Positions 59,651 through 64,000 of a stretch of 64,000 bases of DNA are shown piece after piece. The notes below the pieces were generated by a model. It made no database searches and had not been told where the DNA came from. It was given only the letters and a program-made list of their open reading frames with translations. The stretch covers positions 162,041-226,040 of the forward strand of contig JAYQKD010000003.1 in the NCBI GenBank assembly GCA_038142505.1, in the 5' to 3' direction. The position numbers and the translations under genes were made by a program. Positions within the stretch are counted from its first letter, which is position 1. Every line of letters starts with the position of its first letter. The stretch comes from Gammaproteobacteria bacterium. GTDB lineage: Bacteria > Pseudomonadota > Gammaproteobacteria > Magnimaribacterales > D2472.

Positions 59651-59854
59651 ATGATGATCTTAAGAAGATTATTTATTCTCCCAATAAGATTTTATAGATA
59701 CTTTATATCTCCCTTATTTCCACCATCTTGTAGATTTAATCCAACATGTTCTCAGTATGCTATTGAATCAATTGAAGAATTTGGAATTTAAAAGGGAGTA
59801 TTTTAGCCATTAAAAAGAATATCTAAATGTCATCCTTGGTATAAACCAAATTAA
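59651..59854 (+). CDS. yidD: membrane protein insertion efficiency factor YidD (one frameshift)
   Basis: [46 protein letters not shown], then in the shifted frame [16 protein letters not shown]. This is the canonical YidD pattern. Confidence 0.8.
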
Positions 59855-60009
59855 ATAACTTATCGTTAAACTAATCAAACTTAATTTAATATCTATGTTT
59901 TATATTTAAACATATTTAATATATCTAAAAAATATGTATATATATAATAAATAATGCTATAGTTTTATATAGAATATACTTTCAGTAATGCCAATTAGGG
60001 GGGTTTATT

Positions 60010-62727
60010 ATGAAAAAGTTTTCAAGATTTTCTTTAGTTTCACTAAGTTTTCTATTTTTATTTTCAACACATATTTTTTCTCAAGAAGTTAGAAGAAGTA
60101 GTTGTTACTGCTACTAAGAAAGAAGAATCAGTTCAAGATTTAGCTTTGTCTATAGAAGCTTTTACTTCTGAAAGCATCACTGAAAATATGATTGAAGATT
60201 TTAGCGATCTTGCAGAAGTTGTTCCAGGATTGATTATGGATAAAGGAATTGGCTCAGGTGCAAGTTATTCGATAAGGGGTACTGGATCATACGGTGTTGG
60301 TGCTGCTGTTATTGGATCTGTTGTTACAGCTATAAATGGACATAATTACAATTCATCATCAATTGCTGATATTGGTTTTTTTGATGTTGAAAGAATCGAA
60401 GTTTTAAAAGGTCCTCAAGGAACTAAATTTGGAAGAAACGCTGTGGCTGGACTTATTAATATGATTACAGCTAGACCAACAAGAGAATTTGAGGGGGCAT
60501 ATAGTATTGAGCTAGGTAACCTTTCAACTACACAATTTAATGGACATGTAAATATACCAATATCAGAATCGATGAGATCAAGGTTTGCAGTAGTTAGTAA
60601 GAAAAGAGATGGTACGACATATAATATTCATACAAAGAATTATTTTAACGATATTAATTCCTGGGGAGCAAGATTCTCACTAGATTGGGATATCGGTGAT
60701 TCAACTATTTTAAAATTTACAACAGAACATTTTGAAGGAGATGATAATAGAACCAATGTAGGTACTGCAGTTTGTCAATCAGATCCATTTTTTGGTTGTA
60801 ATCCTTTAGTAACTGGTCAACCTAACCAAACTCCAGATTCTAGGGGTACCACAGCTGCTTTATTTAATTTAATTGCAGCCTTAGACTTTACTGCTGATAG
60901 GAATTCTTATGCAGGGGCAATAATGCCAAACACTTTTAGAGAAGCAAATTTAAACAGAGACCCTGTTCATCAACAAACCTCACAATCTTCTAGCTTAGAA
61001 CTTAATCATGAACTTTCTGATGAATTGTTATTGAATGTTCAAATAACCTATAACCACAGAGATTATTATCACTCTAATGATAATGATTATTCTGTATCAA
61101 ATGGTTCTTTTCCAGGTCTTGCAGCTATACCTGGATTTCCTATGACTTGGAATGGTTGTTTTGGTGGCTATAACGGAACTGGTTTTTGTGAGAACGTTGA
61201 TTCAGATAGAACATACGAATTTGCAGTAGTGCAAACATACGGTACACAATTTGAAGTTTCATTAATATCTGACTTTGATGGACCTTTTAACTATACAGTT
61301 GGTGCTTATACTTTTAATTCAAAGAATCATAATGTTTATCAAGTACAAACAGCTTCTTGGAATATGATTAGTAAGGCAGTTCAGCACCCATACAATGATG
61401 CATTATTTGGTGGTGCACTAACTGGATATGGAGGTACTGATTTCTTTACAGCTTTAGTTTTAGGAGCTCCTGCAACCTTAGCTCCAGCTGGGCTAATGGC
61501 ATTATTAATGTCTCAACCAAAATATGAAGTCCCAATTGAAATTTCTGGTTATATAAATGATGATCATGTTCGCACCGAATCGACTGCATTTTTTGGTGAA
61601 ATATATTATGACTTCTCAGATGTAACTAAGTTAACATTAGGATTGAGATACAACGATGATACTGTTACTGATAATCTAATGTCTTGTCTGACTATGTTAG
61701 GTTGCGATGTATACCCATTATCACAAAGATTAACTGGTGAGTATGGATTTTTCCCTACAACGGTTGTTGAATCAGATGATGCTTTAGCATACAAATTAGC
61801 TCTTCAACATGATTTATCAGATAACGTAATGGTATATGGAAGTTATACAACAGCAACAAAAGCTGGTGGTAATAATCCTAACGAAACCGGAACACCAGAT
61901 CCTTATGATCCTGAAGAAACTGGAGTGTTTGAACTAGGTATTAAAGAGTATTTTAATGGATGGTGCTTGCTTATTAAATGCAACATATTTTGATAATTCA
62001 ACAGATGGAATGTTAATTTCATCAATTGTTAATGCTGGATCAAGAAATAATAATGTTGATGCAGAAATTCAAGGTTTTGAAGGCAATATGATTTTTTTTT
62101 AAGTGAAATACCAGACTTGATGCAACATGGCTTTTTGTTGAATCTGAAATTAAAGATTTTTCATTAATTGATCCATTAAATATAAATAATCAACAGCAAT
62201 TTATCTGCTCCTGTTAACGTAGATCCTCAAGGTATTATTAAGATATGTTGTTACTGATAAAGGATTGTTTTATTTAAATCTGCTGGTTACATGTGTACTG
62301 AAGCATTTAATCCAGCTTGGAGGAGTGCCATGTCCTTGTTGGTGGTTTAGGAACACCTGTTGATGTATCTGGAAATCAGCTTCCACAATCACCTGAAAAA
62401 TCATACAGCTTAGCATTAAATCAAGATTTTAATTCTCTAATGGTGTTACAACAGCAAGATTACTTATAGATATCAAGTCTGAAAGAGAAGGTAATGTATT
62501 TAATTATGATAGATCTAGAATGCCAGAACACGATTTCTTTGATTTAAGTATTACCTATAAACCAAATGATAAAGATTGGTATTTTTCTTTATATGTTAAA
62601 AATATTCAGATGAAGTTATTTATTGGTACATGGGCAGCAGCAAGTGCTATTCAAGGTGGTGCTCAATTTGCAACTTATACTGATCCAAAGAACATGGGGA
62701 TTATTTCATTTTGGAACTAGTTTTTAA
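60010..62727 (+). CDS. TonB-dependent outer-membrane receptor (many frameshifts, especially 61990-62720)
   Basis: Signal peptide, a TonB-box-like EEVVVTATKKEESVQD and the plug domain (ERIEVLKGPQGTKFGRNAVAGLINMITARP). A long beta-barrel follows, with a C-terminal ...FHFGTSF-stop recovered in a shifted frame (aromatic terminal residue). Confidence 0.85.
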
Positions 62728-62744
62728 TTAATTTAAGTTGAACT

Positions 62745-62780
62745 AAAAAAGGCTGGATTTCCAGCCTTTTTTTTATTTTT
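62745..62780 (+). terminator. Rho-independent terminator after the first TonB-dependent receptor
   Basis: AAAAAAGGCTGG-ATTT-CCAGCCTTTTTTTTATTTTT, a 12-bp stem including the A/T extension. Confidence 0.85.
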
Positions 62781-62876
62781 ATAAATTATATATAAAATCT
62801 ATATGCAATTTATATCCATTTTTGCTATCATCTGCCCTAATCTAATCATATTAAACATTTTATATAGGGGACTTTA

Positions 62877-64000
62877 ATGTCAAAACTAAGTGTATTACTA
62901 AGAAACGCAATACTTTCAAGTGTTGTAATTATATCATTTGCTGTAACTGCTCAAGAAATTGAAGAAGTTGTTGTTACAGCTACTAAGAAAGAAGAATCAG
63001 TTCAGGATATAGCTATTTCAATTGAAGCTGTTTACTGCAGAATCTCTTGATGTTAACCAAGTTTATGATGTATCTGACCTTGCAGAAATTACTCCTGGTT
63101 TAGAAACATCTAAAGTTATTGGTTCTGGTTCTGGTTGGACAATTAGAGGTATGGGTTCATTTGGTATTGGTGCTGGTGTTATTGCATCAGTTGTTACAGC
63201 TGTTAATGGACATAGTGTCAATGATAGTGTTGTTGCTGATACAGGATTTATGGATTTAGAAAGAATTGAAGTTCTTAAAGGACCTCAGGGAACACTTTAT
63301 GGTAGAAATGCTGCAAACGGTGTTATTAATTTAATTACAGCTAGACCAATCTAGTGAATTTTGGGAAATTATGATGTTGAGGTTGGTAATTATGGAAAAG
63401 TTAAAACTACAAAGCAGTTGTAAATATGCCTTTCTCTGATTCGCTTAAGAACAAGACTTGCTGTTATGTCTAATAAAAGAGATGGTATGGTTAACTAAAA
63501 CTTAGTAACAGGTAATGAATTTGATGATAGAAATGATATGGCATTTAGGCTTTCAGTTGACTATGATTTATCTGATAGAACACAGGTTCAATTTACATAT
63601 TCAGAACAAGAAAGTGATGACAATAGATTCCAAGAAGAAGTTTCATTTTGTGCTCAAGATTTTTTTATGGTTGTAATCCTTATGAAAGAGGTGAAATGAA
63701 TGTTGCTGCTGATACAAGAGGTCATTTTTTGCTGGTGCTTTTGGAATTTGATTGCTCATTTATATCCTGATGAAGTTCAAAACGGTTTTGCTGGACAAAC
63801 TGGCATCTGATGACTTTACTCAGAGTTGCTTTAAACAGAGAACCAACTCATTTTCAAAAACAAACAGTTGCAAATTTACAAATTAATCATGACCTAACTG
63901 ATAATTTGCTTTTAACAGCTAAAGTTTCATATGAAACAAGAGATTTTCATCAAAGTGGTGATCAAGATCATCATATTCAACAGAACCATTTTTGGAACAG
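62877..64000 (+). CDS. second TonB-dependent receptor, paralog of the first (partial, runs off the window; heavily frameshifted)
   Basis: MSKLSVLLRNAILSSVVIISFAVTAQEIEEVVVTATKKEESVQDIAISIEA...LERIEVLKGPQGTLYGRNAANGVINLITARP. The downstream pieces (LAVMSNKRDG, FRLSVDYDLSDRTQVQFTYSEQESDDNR, CAQDFFYGCNP) are collinear with the first receptor. Confidence 0.8.

Noticed and set aside
59880-60009. Fur box or other operator upstream of the first TonB-dependent receptor (for example ATAATAAATAATGCTAT, and the 8-bp inverted repeat ACATATTT-N12-AAATATGT)
   Set aside because: The match to the GATAATGATAATCATTATC consensus is only partial. The region is almost pure A/T, so such matches and AT-only inverted repeats arise by chance. 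There is no riboswitch-like GC-containing structure.

Overview
This is an AT-rich, very gene-dense chromosomal segment of a gammaproteobacterium. The low GC, tiny or overlapping intergenic spacers and tandem TonB-dependent receptors suggest a streamlined marine lineage such as SAR86, but that assignment is inference only. Almost all of it is housekeeping DNA arranged in blocks collinear with Pseudomonas and E. coli:
- proS, then fmdB-aspS-yebC-[small nuclease]-ybgC-tolQRAB-pal-cpoB-tRNA-Lys
- bepA, perM, bcp, then dapA-bamC-purC
- iscRSUA-fdx-iscX-ndk-rlmN-rodZ-ispG-hisS-yfgM-bamB-der
- sdhCDAB-sucAB-lpdA-sucCD
- a MATE pump, an acetyltransferase and pdxB
- msrB-murJ-ribF-ileS-lspA-ispH-ampD-ampG
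- groESL, folE-maf-cysS, three poorly characterised genes, thrS-yidD, and two tandem TonB-dependent receptors (the second runs off the window)

I saw no rRNA, CRISPR array, transposase, integrase or prophage genes, and only one tRNA.

The main caveat is that at least 23 genes, most of them essential, are broken by small indels. These are most simply sequencing or assembly errors, so the coordinates of those genes are reconstructions. I found no clear novel multi-gene system.

The best leads:
1. An Hjc/VRR-NUC-like PD-(D/E)XK nuclease sits exactly where ruvC-ruvA-ruvB normally lie.
2. The isc operon lacks hscB-hscA, with a seamless junction.
3. A TLC (ATP/ADP translocase)-family transporter is the only non-syntenic gene next to tRNA-Lys.
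4. A cysS-coupled trio encodes a PNPOx-like protein and two secreted proteins, one of which is an internal tandem duplication.
5. Two paralogous TonB-dependent receptors lie in tandem.
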